Positions 17,991-27,513 of a stretch of 64,000 bases of DNA are shown in pieces; positions within the stretch are counted from its first letter, which is position 1; each line of letters begins with the position of its first letter. The DNA is from Candidatus Sumerlaeia bacterium (lineage in GTDB: Bacteria; Sumerlaeota; Sumerlaeia; SLMS01; JANRJK01), in assembly GCA_033764015.1 (NCBI GenBank), contig JANRJK010000046.1:96001-160000 (forward strand), written 5' to 3'. Below the pieces are notes generated by a model. It saw only the letters and a list, made by a program, of their open reading frames with translations. It had not been told where the DNA came from and made no database searches. The position numbers were made by a program, and so were the translations under genes.

Positions 17991-19466
17991 ATGGCGTTCC
18001 GCCGCATCCCGTCCGCCCCACTCCTCGCGCTGGCGGTGCTCGCGCCCGCCGCGCTCGCCGCGCAGACCCAGCCGCGGGAGGCCCAGAACCGCCAGGACGA
18101 AGTGCTCAACATCAACCGCGACGCATCGCCCGACTCCGAGTCGTTCAAGATCCTCCGCTCCGGCGACAAGCTCGAGATCAACCGCTACGTCACGAAGGTC
18201 TATCCGCTCAAGCACGCCAACCCCTACGAGATCCTCCCCTATCTGCGGACCGCCGCCGCGCTCGAGAAGGGCAGCGTCGCCACCGCCTGGATCCCCCGCC
18301 CCGGCGAGCCCGCCAGCGCCTGGATCCAGGTGAACGTCCCCGAGTTCCAGATCCCCTACCTCGACGCCGCGGTCGCCGCCTACGACGTGCCCGACTTCGC
18401 CTCCATCCCCGGCAACGTCCACTTCAGCTACCGCACCAAGTACCGCAACGCGGTCGAGGTGGCGGACTTCATCCGCGCCACCACGCTCTCGCCGGACGGC
18501 CTGATCCGCGGCGACGCGGCCACCAACACGATCTTCGTGATCGACTCGCCGAGCGACTTCCGCCGCGACCTGGCGCAGATCGAGTTCTACGACGTCCCCG
18601 CGCCGCAGCTCGATGTAGAGGTCACCGTCGTCGAGCTCACCGAGGTCGACCAGACGCGGCTCGGGCTCGACTGGGACGCCTGGAAGAGCGCCCTCTCCGG
18701 CTCCGCCACGCTGGCCTCGTCGTCCTCGCGGACGGAGCCCTCCAGCGGGGGAGTCCTCCAGGCGCAGGCCCGCAGCTTCGACGGCATCCTCTCCCTCGAC
18801 GCGACCACCGCCGCGCGCTTCGCCGGCTACCTGGTCGACACCGGCAAGGCGGAGATCCTCCTGCGGACGAACCTCACCGTCACCAACGGCACGCTCTCGA
18901 CCGTCTCCTCCGGCACCGACGTGCCCGCCTTCACCTACACGTTCAACAAGGACTTGGGGAAGTCGCTGCTGACGCGCACCCCCTCGACGCCGACGACGGA
19001 GGGCTTCTCCCTCGCCCTGGTGCCGACGGTGGCCATGAACGCGGCGCGCCTCGATGTGGCGTTCGCGCTCCGCAGCCCGGTCGCCGTCGACAGCACCGGC
19101 GCACCGATCTTCTCGGAGCAGGACCTCGCGGCGGAACTCACCCTCGAACAGGACCAACTCTACAAAGTCGGCGGCGTGCGCCGGGGAGTCACGGCCAAGC
19201 AACGCAAGGGCTTCCCCCTCCTACGCGACATCCCCGTCCTCAAGTACCTCTTCTCCAGCGAGACCGACATCGTCCGCGAGACGGAGCTTTACGTGTTCCT
19301 CAAGCCCGCATGGACCTCCCCCGTCACCCCGGCCATGGACGCGATGAGCGGCGACTCCCCGCAGGTCGCCAAGCAGGTCTCGGAGATCCTGAAGGCGAAC
19401 CCGAACCTCTCGATCAGCGCGGAGGACGCGGCGCTGCTGGACCGCTACTTCGAGTCGAAGCCGTGA
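17991..19466 (+). CDS. Stand-alone secretin-family (type II/III secretion system) outer-membrane protein
   Basis: SD GGAGG; signal peptide; N-domain-like TKVYPLKHAN and DAATNTIFVID; secretin core YDVPAPQLDVEVTVVE...LGLDW; C-terminal GFPLLRDIPVLKYLFSS...ETELYVFLKP. Confidence 0.82.
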   Translation: MAFRRIPSAPLLALAVLAPAALAAQTQPREAQNRQDEVLNINRDASPDSESFKILRSGDKLEINRYVTKVYPLKHANPYEILPYLRTAAALEKGSVATAWIPRPGEPASAWIQVNVPEFQIPYLDAAVAAYDVPDFASIPGNVHFSYRTKYRNAVEVADFIRATTLSPDGLIRGDAATNTIFVIDSPSDFRRDLAQIEFYDVPAPQLDVEVTVVELTEVDQTRLGLDWDAWKSALSGSATLASSSSRTEPSSGGVLQAQARSFDGILSLDATTAARFAGYLVDTGKAEILLRTNLTVTNGTLSTVSSGTDVPAFTYTFNKDLGKSLLTRTPSTPTTEGFSLALVPTVAMNAARLDVAFALRSPVAVDSTGAPIFSEQDLAAELTLEQDQLYKVGGVRRGVTAKQRKGFPLLRDIPVLKYLFSSETDIVRETELYVFLKPAWTSPVTPAMDAMSGDSPQVAKQVSEILKANPNLSISAEDAALLDRYFESKP

Positions 19467-19571
19467 CCCGGGGCGGGGCGGCTTGACAGAGTTGCGGATG
19501 GGAAGCTCTGGTAAGTGCGCGCGGGGGCGGCGCAACCCCCCGCGCGCAGCCACTTCCCAGAGGCGCCCGAC

Positions 19572-19997
19572 GTGATCACCACCACCGGCGAATACGCGCT
19601 CCGCGCCGCCGCCTACCTCGCGCAGCACCCGGCCGGCTCCACCACCTCAGCCATCATCGCGGAGGCGACCAAGGTACCGCACGGCTACCTGCAAAAGGTC
19701 CTGAAGCAACTGGTGCGCGCCGGGCTGATCGCCTCGCAGCGCGGCCTCAACGGCGGCTTCGTCCTCGCGCGCCCCGCCGCGGAGATCTCCATCCTCGACG
19801 TGCTCCGCGCCGTCGACGCCGCCCCGCAGCGCATCACCCGGTGCCCCTTGGGGCTGGCGGGACATGTACGGCTGTGCCCGGTGCACCGGCTGGTCGACGA
19901 CGCCACGGCCGCCATCGAGGCCGCCTTCGCCAAGGCGAGCCTCGCGGACATGTCCGCAACCGCCGGCGGGGTCAAAGCACTCTGCGAAGCGAAGTGA
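19572..19997 (+). CDS. Rrf2-family transcriptional regulator
   Basis: EYALRA, YLQKVL, SQRGLNGGFVLARPAAEISILDV, CPLG...H..LCPVH; GTG start. Confidence 0.92.
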   Translation: MITTTGEYALRAAAYLAQHPAGSTTSAIIAEATKVPHGYLQKVLKQLVRAGLIASQRGLNGGFVLARPAAEISILDVLRAVDAAPQRITRCPLGLAGHVRLCPVHRLVDDATAAIEAAFAKASLADMSATAGGVKALCEAK

Positions 19998-20156
19998 ACG
20001 ATGGCGGGCCGGGCCGCCTATCCTGCTATCCGAACGCCCCAGAGCGGATGGGCTGGTCAGTGCCGAGTAGAAAGCAAGCCCCGGCGTGACCGGGATTCAC
20101 CCGTGTCCCGAGTCCACTCTGTCCGCGATGCCTTGGGGGCGGGAAAGGCCCCCCCT

Positions 20157-20477
20157 TCACCCCTCCTCGAGCTTCACCGCCGTCCCGTAAACTAGCAGTT
20201 CCGCCGCGTTGTGGGCGACCTCCGTGGTGGTGAAGCGGAGGCCCACGACGGCGTCGGCGCCCATGGAGCGCGCGTCCTCGATCAGCCGGTCGAGCGCCTG
20301 CTCGCGCGTTTGCGCGATGACGGCGGTGTACTCGTGGAGTTCGCCGCCGACGATGTTCTTGAAGTACGCGACGACGTCGTCCCCGCCGGGAAGCGCGCGG
20401 ACGGAGCAGCCCTTCGCCAGGCCGCAGACACGCACGACCTTGTGTCCGGGAACGGTTTCCGTGGTGAGGAGCATCAT
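20157..20477 (-). CDS. YbjQ/UPF0145-family protein
   Basis: MLLTTETVPG, KNIVGGELHEYT, REQALDRL, GADAVVGLRF, ELLVYGTAVK; ATGA overlap with the anti-sigma gene. Confidence 0.92.
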   Translation of the reverse strand: MMLLTTETVPGHKVVRVCGLAKGCSVRALPGGDDVVAYFKNIVGGELHEYTAVIAQTREQALDRLIEDARSMGADAVVGLRFTTTEVAHNAAELLVYGTAVKLEEG

Positions 20478-20914
20478 CGGCGGATCCTCCGGTATCGGTC
20501 CTTCGGCGCCTCGCGGAGGCGGCCGCGCAACGCGAGCGCGAAAAGCATCGAAAGCCCCGCGAAGAAGAGCGCTTCGCCGAGCTGGAGCAAGGGGTTCGGC
20601 GTCAGCAGGATGATGAGGACGGCGCCGGTGACGAGGAGGACCGCGGCGCCGGCGTACATGACGGACTGGCCGGTGCGGCGCGCGAGGCGCTCGTCGATCT
20701 GTTCCCAGTAGCCGTCCCAGACGGCGGCGCGGGGAGGCTTCACCTTCAGCGGTTGGATCGCGGCCATGAGGGCGGCCTGCGAGGCGACTTCGGCGCGCCA
20801 CTCGGGGTGGTCGCCGAGCAGGCGCTCGAACTCCCGGCGCTCCGCGGGGGAGAGTTCGCCGTCCAGGTAGGCGGCGATGGTCTCCTCGGTCATCGGTGTC
20901 TTGGCGGGCATCAT
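20474..20914 (-). CDS. Membrane anti-sigma factor (zf-HC2-like N-terminus without Cys, two TM helices)
   Basis: IAAYLDGELSPAERREFERLL; two hydrophobic segments; directly downstream of the ECF sigma. Confidence 0.8.
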   Translation of the reverse strand: MMPAKTPMTEETIAAYLDGELSPAERREFERLLGDHPEWRAEVASQAALMAAIQPLKVKPPRAAVWDGYWEQIDERLARRTGQSVMYAGAAVLLVTGAVLIILLTPNPLLQLGEALFFAGLSMLFALALRGRLREAPKDRYRRIRR

Positions 20915-20933
20915 GCGGCGTCCTGGTGCGATC

Positions 20934-21536
20934 TCACGAACCGACCCGGTAGGGCTCCATCAGTTTGGCGAGGTTCTTCCGCGCGTGGAAAAGGCGGCTC
21001 ATCACGGTGCCGATGGGGATATCGAGGACCGTGGCGATCTCCTCGTAGGTCATTTCCTGGAAGTGCTTCATGAGGATGATCTCGCGGAAGTCCGGCTTGA
21101 GCTGCCCGATCGCCTGGCGCATGTGCCGGGCCATCTGCTCCGTCTGGATGCGCTCCACCGGGTCGTCGGCGGCGGCCTCGAACTGCATGTGGTCCTCGTC
21201 GGCCATGCGGTCCAGCGAGGTGGTGCGGTGGGGGCCGTGCTTCTTGAGGTGGTTGAGGCAGGCATTGCGGAGGATCCGGTAGAGCCAAGGATACCACGGC
21301 CGCGCGGTGTCGAAGCGGTCGAGGGCGTTGTACGCCTTGACGAAGGCGTCCTGCGACAGGTCCCGGGCGTCCTCCTCGTTGCGCACCAGGGCGAACGCGG
21401 CGGCGAAGAGGCGCTCGCGGTGCGCTTCCACCAGCTCGCCGTAGGCGTGCCGGTCGCCCCTGCGGGCGGCCTCGACCAGGCGGCGCTCCGCGGCGGCGTC
21501 CAACGCATGGTGCTGAGAGTCCTCCGGACCTGCCAA
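20934..21536 (-). CDS. ECF sigma-70 factor (RpoE/SigW-like)
   Basis: DARDLSQDAFVKAY, WLYRILRN, MTYEEIA...GTVMSRLFHAR; TTG start after GAAGGA. Confidence 0.93.
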   Translation of the reverse strand: MAGPEDSQHHALDAAAERRLVEAARRGDRHAYGELVEAHRERLFAAAFALVRNEEDARDLSQDAFVKAYNALDRFDTARPWYPWLYRILRNACLNHLKKHGPHRTTSLDRMADEDHMQFEAAADDPVERIQTEQMARHMRQAIGQLKPDFREIILMKHFQEMTYEEIATVLDIPIGTVMSRLFHARKNLAKLMEPYRVGS

Positions 21537-21582
21537 CGCCGGTTTCCTTCTCGGGTGGATTCCCGGCGGCGTCTGGTGCCCC

Positions 21583-21608
21583 TTACACGCCGGCTGCGGA
21601 AGTATTCA
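21583..21608 (-). promoter_or_regulatory. Possible ECF autoregulatory promoter
   Basis: Minus strand TGAATAC-ttccgcagccgg-CGTGTAA about 50 nt upstream of the ECF gene; loosely resembles TGAAAC...CGTA promoters. Confidence 0.3.
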
Positions 21609-21742
21609 CGCGGCAAGCATCGCGCGCCTTCATCGCGGCGCAACCGCAAGGGAGCCGCACTCGCGCTTGCATTCGCGCCCCCGCCGCCGTTTCATGGCGG
21701 CCAGCATCGGCCCATCCCCCTCCGCGCCCGCGCAGCCGCCCC

Positions 21743-22513
21743 ATGTCGGAAGCCCCAATCCCCGCCGTTCCGGGCAGAATACGCCTCCCCGTCTTCGAGG
21801 GGCCGCTCGACCTCCTGCTCCACCTCGTGAAGATCAACGAGATGGACGTGGTCGACCTGCAAATCTCCGAAATCACCCGCCAATACATCGAGTACCTGCA
21901 CGCGATGGCCGAGATGGACCTCGAGGTCGCCGGCGACTTCCTCGTGATGGCGGCCACGCTCATGAACATCAAGCTGCGCTCGATCCTCCCCGCACCGCCG
22001 AAGGAGAACGCCGCCGAGGACGAGGCGGAGTTGGACGACATCCTCTCCACGCAGGACCTGGTGCGGCGGCTGGTCGAGTACCGCCGCGTGAAGGAGCTGG
22101 CGGCGGCGCTCCGCGAGCGCGAGGAGGCGCAGGCCGGTATCTTCTACCGCGGCGCCACCGTGATCCCCGTGGCGCCCGCCCGCGAAGAGCTGCCGCAGCA
22201 GGACATCCTCGCGCTCTTCGACCAGTTCGTGAAGGTGCTCAACCAGGCCAAGGCGCGCCCCGAGCACCACGTCCAGGAGGAGCGCTTCACCGTCGAGGAG
22301 AAGGTCTCCGCGATGCGCGAGGGCCTGCGCCGCGACCGGCGGCTCAACCTCACGCGGCTCTTCTCCACCTGCGTGAACAAGGACGAGATTGTCTGCTACT
22401 TCCTCGCGATCCTGGAACTCGCCAAGATGCGCGAGATCACGATCGCGCAGGCGGGCAGCTTCGAGGACATCCTCGTGGAGCCGTGGGACGAGAAGGTGGT
22501 CTATGTCGGCTGA
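21743..22513 (+). CDS. scpA: Segregation and condensation protein A
   Basis: FEGPLDLLLHL, QYIEYL, GDFLVMAATL, FLAILEL. Confidence 0.96.
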   Translation: MSEAPIPAVPGRIRLPVFEGPLDLLLHLVKINEMDVVDLQISEITRQYIEYLHAMAEMDLEVAGDFLVMAATLMNIKLRSILPAPPKENAAEDEAELDDILSTQDLVRRLVEYRRVKELAAALREREEAQAGIFYRGATVIPVAPAREELPQQDILALFDQFVKVLNQAKARPEHHVQEERFTVEEKVSAMREGLRRDRRLNLTRLFSTCVNKDEIVCYFLAILELAKMREITIAQAGSFEDILVEPWDEKVVYVG

Positions 22514-23126
22514 GGACTTGGATAGGGCGCTCCCCGCCGCCGCGGACGACTTGGCCCCGGAAGGCGCCGCGCCCGCTCCCGAAGGACCCATGCGCTTGGC
22601 CGTCCTCGAGGCGCTGCTCTTCTCGGCGCCGGGACCGCTCCGCCCGGAGCAGCTCGCCGCGCTCCTAGGCGTCGGCGAGGCGGAGGCGGCCGCCGCCGTC
22701 GAACTGCTCCGCGGGCGCTACGCCGCGCTCGACGCCGGGCTCGCGGTGCTCGATGTGGCCGGCGGGTGGCAGCTCGCCACCAAGCCCGCGCTGGCGGACT
22801 GGGTGTTCCGCCTGCACGGGCACCGCAAGAAGAGCCCGGTGACGCCGGCGCTGCTCGAGTCGCTGGCGATCATCGCCTACAAGCAGCCGATCGGGCGCGC
22901 GGAAGTTGAAGCGATTCGCGGCGTGGACTGCGGCGGCGCGGTGCGCTCGCTGCTCGACGCGGGCCTGATCGAATCGGTCGGCCGCAAGGAAACGCCGGGG
23001 CGCCCGTCGCTCTACGGCACCACGGAACTCTTCCTCCGCACCTTCGGGCTGACCAGCCTGGCGGAGCTGCCGATGCCGGGGGACGGGCCGCCCACGCTGC
23101 CGCGCCCGGCGGAAGGCGGCGCATGA
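22503..23126 (+). CDS. scpB: Segregation and condensation protein B
   Basis: LEALLF, VAGGWQLAT, LESLAIIAYKQP, EAIRGV, PGRPSLYGTT...FL..FGL.SL.ELP. Confidence 0.96.
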   Translation: MSAEDLDRALPAAADDLAPEGAAPAPEGPMRLAVLEALLFSAPGPLRPEQLAALLGVGEAEAAAAVELLRGRYAALDAGLAVLDVAGGWQLATKPALADWVFRLHGHRKKSPVTPALLESLAIIAYKQPIGRAEVEAIRGVDCGGAVRSLLDAGLIESVGRKETPGRPSLYGTTELFLRTFGLTSLAELPMPGDGPPTLPRPAEGGA

Positions 23127-23512
23127 GCCCCCGCCCGGGCTGGCCCTACGACCGCGAGTTCGCCTGCCACCGCTGCGGAAACTGCTGCCGAGGCTCCGGC
23201 TACGTCTCCATGAGCGCGGAGGACATCGCCAACGCCGCGCGGCACATCGGCGTGCCGGTGCCGGAGTTCAAGGACACCTACTGCCGCGAACTCCCCGAGG
23301 ACCTCGTCGTCCTCCGCGACCAGGGGGACGCCGAGCAGTCCTGCGTGTTCCTCACGCCGGAGAACACCTGCCGCGTCCACGGTTCGAAGCCGAAGCAGTG
23401 CCGGGACTTCCCGTTCCACTGGCGCCCGGACAACGTCCTCGAGTTCTGCGAGGGAATGCGCGCGATCGCCGGCCTCCCCCCGGGGGGGAAGCCGACGATG
23501 TCGCGCGAGTAG
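23123..23512 (+). CDS. YkgJ-family cysteine-cluster (CxxCxxCC) protein
   Basis: FACHRCGNCC, CVFL, CRVHGSKPKQCRDFPF, CEG; ATGA overlap with scpB. Confidence 0.9.
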   Translation: MSPRPGWPYDREFACHRCGNCCRGSGYVSMSAEDIANAARHIGVPVPEFKDTYCRELPEDLVVLRDQGDAEQSCVFLTPENTCRVHGSKPKQCRDFPFHWRPDNVLEFCEGMRAIAGLPPGGKPTMSRE

Positions 23513-23524
23513 CGGCGGGTCCGC

Positions 23525-23953
23525 TTACTTGGCGTCCTCGTAGCCGAAGTTCTCCGGCTCGAAGTACAGCTCCTTCGTCCGCACCGGATGCGTCGCGTCG
23601 AGCCCCGGCGGCGAGATCACGGTGGAACCGCTGCCGACCTCGACCTGCTGGACCGACGCAACCTGGCCGTTCGCGTCGATGATGACGATGGTGTCCGTGC
23701 GCCGGACGGTGCTGTAGAGGCCGAGGTAGTTGCGCCCCTTCAGGTTCTTGTAGACCAGGATCTCCATCCCGTTGCGCTCGTAGATCGAGTTCGGGCTGCC
23801 GAGGTTGACGAAGGCGTCGGCGCGCGAGGCGCCCTCGGAGAGGACGGCGCCAAGGCGGGCGGAGCCGAAGTCCTGGCGCGAGTAGAGGACGCCGCAGCCG
23901 CTCGCGAGCGGGAGGGTGGCGGCGGCGACGGCCGCGAGGAGCAGGTGCTTCAT
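23525..23953 (-). CDS. Lipoprotein, SmpA/BamE-like fold possible
   Basis: MKHLLLAAVAAATLPLASG-C lipobox; GASRADAFVNLGSPN resembles the GxSxxxV...LGxP pattern. Confidence 0.7.
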   Translation of the reverse strand: MKHLLLAAVAAATLPLASGCGVLYSRQDFGSARLGAVLSEGASRADAFVNLGSPNSIYERNGMEILVYKNLKGRNYLGLYSTVRRTDTIVIIDANGQVASVQQVEVGSGSTVISPPGLDATHPVRTKELYFEPENFGYEDAK

Positions 23954-24111
23954 GGGGGTGTTTCCTTCCATCGAGGCGTCCCCGGCGTCGGCGCCGGGGC
24001 GCGGGTGTCCCCCCGCGATGGCGCTCCGCCGCGCACACTGTCAACGCCCAGCGGCTCCGCGCAGTGCGAATCCCGTTGCGGGAAAGCCGCCCGCCGGATG
24101 GGACTTGGCCC

Positions 24112-27100
24112 ATGCTCGGCAGCCCCGCCCCCGTCCTCAAGACCTTGGTCCTCACGGACCTCGCGGATAGCACGCGCCTCACCGAGGCCCTCGGCGACCG
24201 CGCGGCGGCGGAGCTGAACGCGCGCGTGGACGTGCTCCTCCGCGCGGAAATGGTCCGGTTCGGCGGCACCGAGATCGACCGCTCGGACGGCTTCCTCGTC
24301 CTGTTCGAGCGCCCCGTGGACGGCTTGGCGTTCACCCTGCGCGGCCACGCGGTGCTGGCGGAGCTGGCGGCGGAAATCGGGCGCCCGCTCGCTGTCCGCG
24401 CTGCCGTCCACCTCGGCGAGGTCATGATCCGCGCGAACCCGCCGGAGCAGGTCGCCCGCGGCGCGAAGCCCTTCGAAGCGGAGGGCCTGGCGAAGCCGAT
24501 GGCGGCGCGGATCATGGCGCTCGCGGTGCCGGGCCAGACGCTGCTCACGCGCGGCGCGTTCGACCTCGCGCGGCGTGGCGCGGTGGGCGAACAGCTCCTT
24601 CCCTCCGGCACGCGCTGGCTTTGCCACGGGCCGTACTCGCTGAAGGGCGTCGAGGACCCGGTCGAAGTCTTCGAGGCGGGGGTGGAGGGCGCGGCGCCGC
24701 TGCGACCGCCGCCGGACAGCGAGAAGGCGAAAAGCTACGCGCCGGTCGACGCCGGGATCGTGCTCGGCTGGCGGCCCTCCGCCGGCGCGGACATCCCGTC
24801 GGCGCCGGGGTGGCGCGTGCTCGAGCGCCTCGGCGAGGGCGGCTTCGGCGAGGTGTGGCGCGCGGCGAAGCACTCGCCCGCGCCCGGCGGCTCGCACGAG
24901 GGCGCGCTGGCCGCGCTCCCCGTCGGCGCCGAACTCGCCTTCAAGTTCTGCTTCGACCTCGCGCAGGCGCGCGCCATGCGCCGCGAGGCCACCCTTTTCA
25001 AGATGCTGCAGGCCCGCTTCGGCGAGCACCCGCACATCGTGCGGCTGGTGGACTTCCAGCTCGAAAGCGCGCCGCTCTTCCTCGCGATGGAGTACGTCGC
25101 CGGTCCGAACCTCGCGGATTGGCTCTTGGACGAAGGGCGCTCCTGGACGCCGCTGCGCCGCGCGCGGCTGCTGGCGCCGGCGGCCTTCGCCATCGCCGAA
25201 ATCCACGACGCCGGCGTGCTGCTCAACGACATCAAGCCCTCCAACATCCTCGTCCGGAAGGGGGAGGACGGGAAGCGCCACCTGTTGCTGACCGACCTCG
25301 GCGTGGGACGCCTCCGCGACCGCTCCGCGCTGGCGGACGGACTGACTCGGACGACGGGGTTCACGCAGGCGACGGTGGCCTCGCCGGTGGGGGGCAGCGG
25401 CTCCGGCGGCGGGACGCTGCTCTTCCTCGCGCCGGAACTGCTCGAGGGCGGCGAGGTCTCGCCCGCCAGCGACGCCTACGCGTTCGGCGTCACGCTGATG
25501 CAGGCGGCGGCGGGCAACCCGCGGCTCGCGGTGTCGGACCGCTGGACGCGCGAGGTGCGCAACTGGCCCACGCGCGGGCTGGTGCGGCGGCTGCTGCGGG
25601 GCGACCCCGCGAGGCGGCTCGCCGACTTCCGCAGGATTTCCCGCCGGATCGAGTCGCTCTCGCGCAAGACGCTGATTCTGAGGATCGAGGTGGCGTGCGC
25701 GGCGCTCGTGCTGCTGGCACTGCTCGCCGCGCATGTCTGGTGGTTCGTCGTGTTCAAAGGGTACGCGGAACGCCGCCTCGCCCGCGCGGAAGCCGACGCG
25801 CGGGCCATCGCGGTCCCCATCACGGGCGACGAGTACAACGCCGCGCATCCCACGACCGCCGAGGGCGAGCGCGCAGTGGCCGAGGCCGCGCACGTGTTCC
25901 GCATGTTCGCCCCGATCCCGAAGGCCGTGGACAGCTTTTCGGGGACGGTCCCCGACCAATACCCCCCGCCGGGGGGGCCAGGCGCGGCCTTCCTTGCCAA
26001 CTGGGGCCTGCTTGGCCCGGGCTTCTTCGATACGGTTCAGGCCGCCGTCGAAGTCTCCAACTCCCGCCCGGCACTCGAGCGCATGCTCCTGCTCTCGCGC
26101 GACGGACCGCCGATCGACCTCCTGAGCTGGCGCTTCGATCCCGATGCACCCGCCCCGCTGGAGTCAAGAACCCGGCAGTTCGGCCAAATCGACCCGGGCA
26201 CTGCCCGGGGCACGGTCTTCAGCGACCTCCGCGGGCAGGGGCGGACCATCCAGCCGGTCTGGATCGCCGAGGCGCTCGACCGCGGGTCGGTCGGCGATGC
26301 CTGGGAGCGGGCTCTGGCATTCCAGTACTACGCGCGGGCGCAGGGCGCGAACGCGACGATTTTCGTCCACACAATGATCGGCATCGTGCTCGAGGGCCTT
26401 TCGCAAACCGCCGCACGCCAGCTCTTCGAGGAGGCGCCTCCCGGGGAGGCGCACGCCAAGTTGGCGGCGCAGCGCTTCGACGCGGCCAGCCTCGCGGGGT
26501 TCTACGAGCGCGGCTTCCTGACCGAGACCCTCGGTATGCGGGGGGTGTTAGAGTTCGCGGCGAAGCGCCGCCGCACTGTGCCGAGGAGTTGGGGGGGCGG
26601 GACGAGCTTCCGCGACGTGGTTTCGGGGATCCGCGGGGGCGCCCCCGCCGGGGCGGGAGTCTATTCGCTCAAGGAGAGCTTGGTTTCGGAGATTACCCAC
26701 ACCTACACCGCGCCGCTTTCGCTCGAGGCCTTGGCGATGCACACCGAGTTCACCGGAGTCAGCGTCGGAAGCTGGCGCCGGGGGCCGCTCCGTTCCGACT
26801 ACCAAGAGCTTGAGGATGAATGGTTTTCACAACCCATCGCCGTCATGGCGATCCCGGGCACCGCAAGGGCCGCAGCGACCACCAGGTCCTCCATGACCCA
26901 TAGCGAAGTCATCCGCGCCCTCGCCCTGCTGCGCCTCGACGAGCTCGCCGCCGCTCCCGGAACCTGGCAGCCCCCGGAGCGCCTCGACGAGTTGTTCGAG
27001 CGCCACGGCTACCCGCCGCCGCGCGACTGGACGGAACCGAAAGGCACCCCGCCCCCGCTCGCATACCAAGTCGATGCCGATGCCGGGCTGGTCGTCTTCA

Positions 27101-27438
27101 CCATCACGAAGGACCTCCTGCCGCCTCCCCGCCCGACTACCCAGTACGGGACCCGCTCCCACGCCGCCCCCGTCGGGGCGCAGCGGCTCGATGCCGTGGT
27201 GGCCTCCCACGCCGCCGCCGGCGCGGAGGACCCTTGGCCGCGCGTGGTTCTGCGGCTGCCCTCGGGCCGCGAGCTTCCCGTGCGCGTGCTGCCGTCGCTG
27301 GCGAAGCAACTGGCCGTGCCGGACGCCCTGCCGCCCGGCACGGAGGTCTCCGTCCGCAAGCGCCCGCGCCACCACGAGGGCTCACTGGTCTTCGAGGCGA
27401 TCGCCACCGGCGACCTCGCCCCCGCCGCAAGCCCTTGA
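24112..27438 (+). CDS. Class III nucleotidyl-cyclase-like domain plus Ser/Thr kinase plus TM plus large extracytoplasmic domain
   Basis: LTDLADST, IDRSDG, VRAAVHLGEV, AARIMALAVPGQ, LKGV; kinase GEGGFGEV, AFK, HPHIV, NDIKPSN, DLG, APE; TM IEVACAALVLLALLAAHVWWFVVF. Confidence 0.85.
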   Translation: MLGSPAPVLKTLVLTDLADSTRLTEALGDRAAAELNARVDVLLRAEMVRFGGTEIDRSDGFLVLFERPVDGLAFTLRGHAVLAELAAEIGRPLAVRAAVHLGEVMIRANPPEQVARGAKPFEAEGLAKPMAARIMALAVPGQTLLTRGAFDLARRGAVGEQLLPSGTRWLCHGPYSLKGVEDPVEVFEAGVEGAAPLRPPPDSEKAKSYAPVDAGIVLGWRPSAGADIPSAPGWRVLERLGEGGFGEVWRAAKHSPAPGGSHEGALAALPVGAELAFKFCFDLAQARAMRREATLFKMLQARFGEHPHIVRLVDFQLESAPLFLAMEYVAGPNLADWLLDEGRSWTPLRRARLLAPAAFAIAEIHDAGVLLNDIKPSNILVRKGEDGKRHLLLTDLGVGRLRDRSALADGLTRTTGFTQATVASPVGGSGSGGGTLLFLAPELLEGGEVSPASDAYAFGVTLMQAAAGNPRLAVSDRWTREVRNWPTRGLVRRLLRGDPARRLADFRRISRRIESLSRKTLILRIEVACAALVLLALLAAHVWWFVVFKGYAERRLARAEADARAIAVPITGDEYNAAHPTTAEGERAVAEAAHVFRMFAPIPKAVDSFSGTVPDQYPPPGGPGAAFLANWGLLGPGFFDTVQAAVEVSNSRPALERMLLLSRDGPPIDLLSWRFDPDAPAPLESRTRQFGQIDPGTARGTVFSDLRGQGRTIQPVWIAEALDRGSVGDAWERALAFQYYARAQGANATIFVHTMIGIVLEGLSQTAARQLFEEAPPGEAHAKLAAQRFDAASLAGFYERGFLTETLGMRGVLEFAAKRRRTVPRSWGGGTSFRDVVSGIRGGAPAGAGVYSLKESLVSEITHTYTAPLSLEALAMHTEFTGVSVGSWRRGPLRSDYQELEDEWFSQPIAVMAIPGTARAAATTRSSMTHSEVIRALALLRLDELAAAPGTWQPPERLDELFERHGYPPPRDWTEPKGTPPPLAYQVDADAGLVVFTITKDLLPPPRPTTQYGTRSHAAPVGAQRLDAVVASHAAAGAEDPWPRVVLRLPSGRELPVRVLPSLAKQLAVPDALPPGTEVSVRKRPRHHEGSLVFEAIATGDLAPAASP

Positions 27439-27513
27439 CGGTCGGGGCGCGCCGTGGCCCATTGGGGCCCCGTCCCCGACGACAACCAGACGGCCCTCCG
27501 AAAGGAATCCCGC

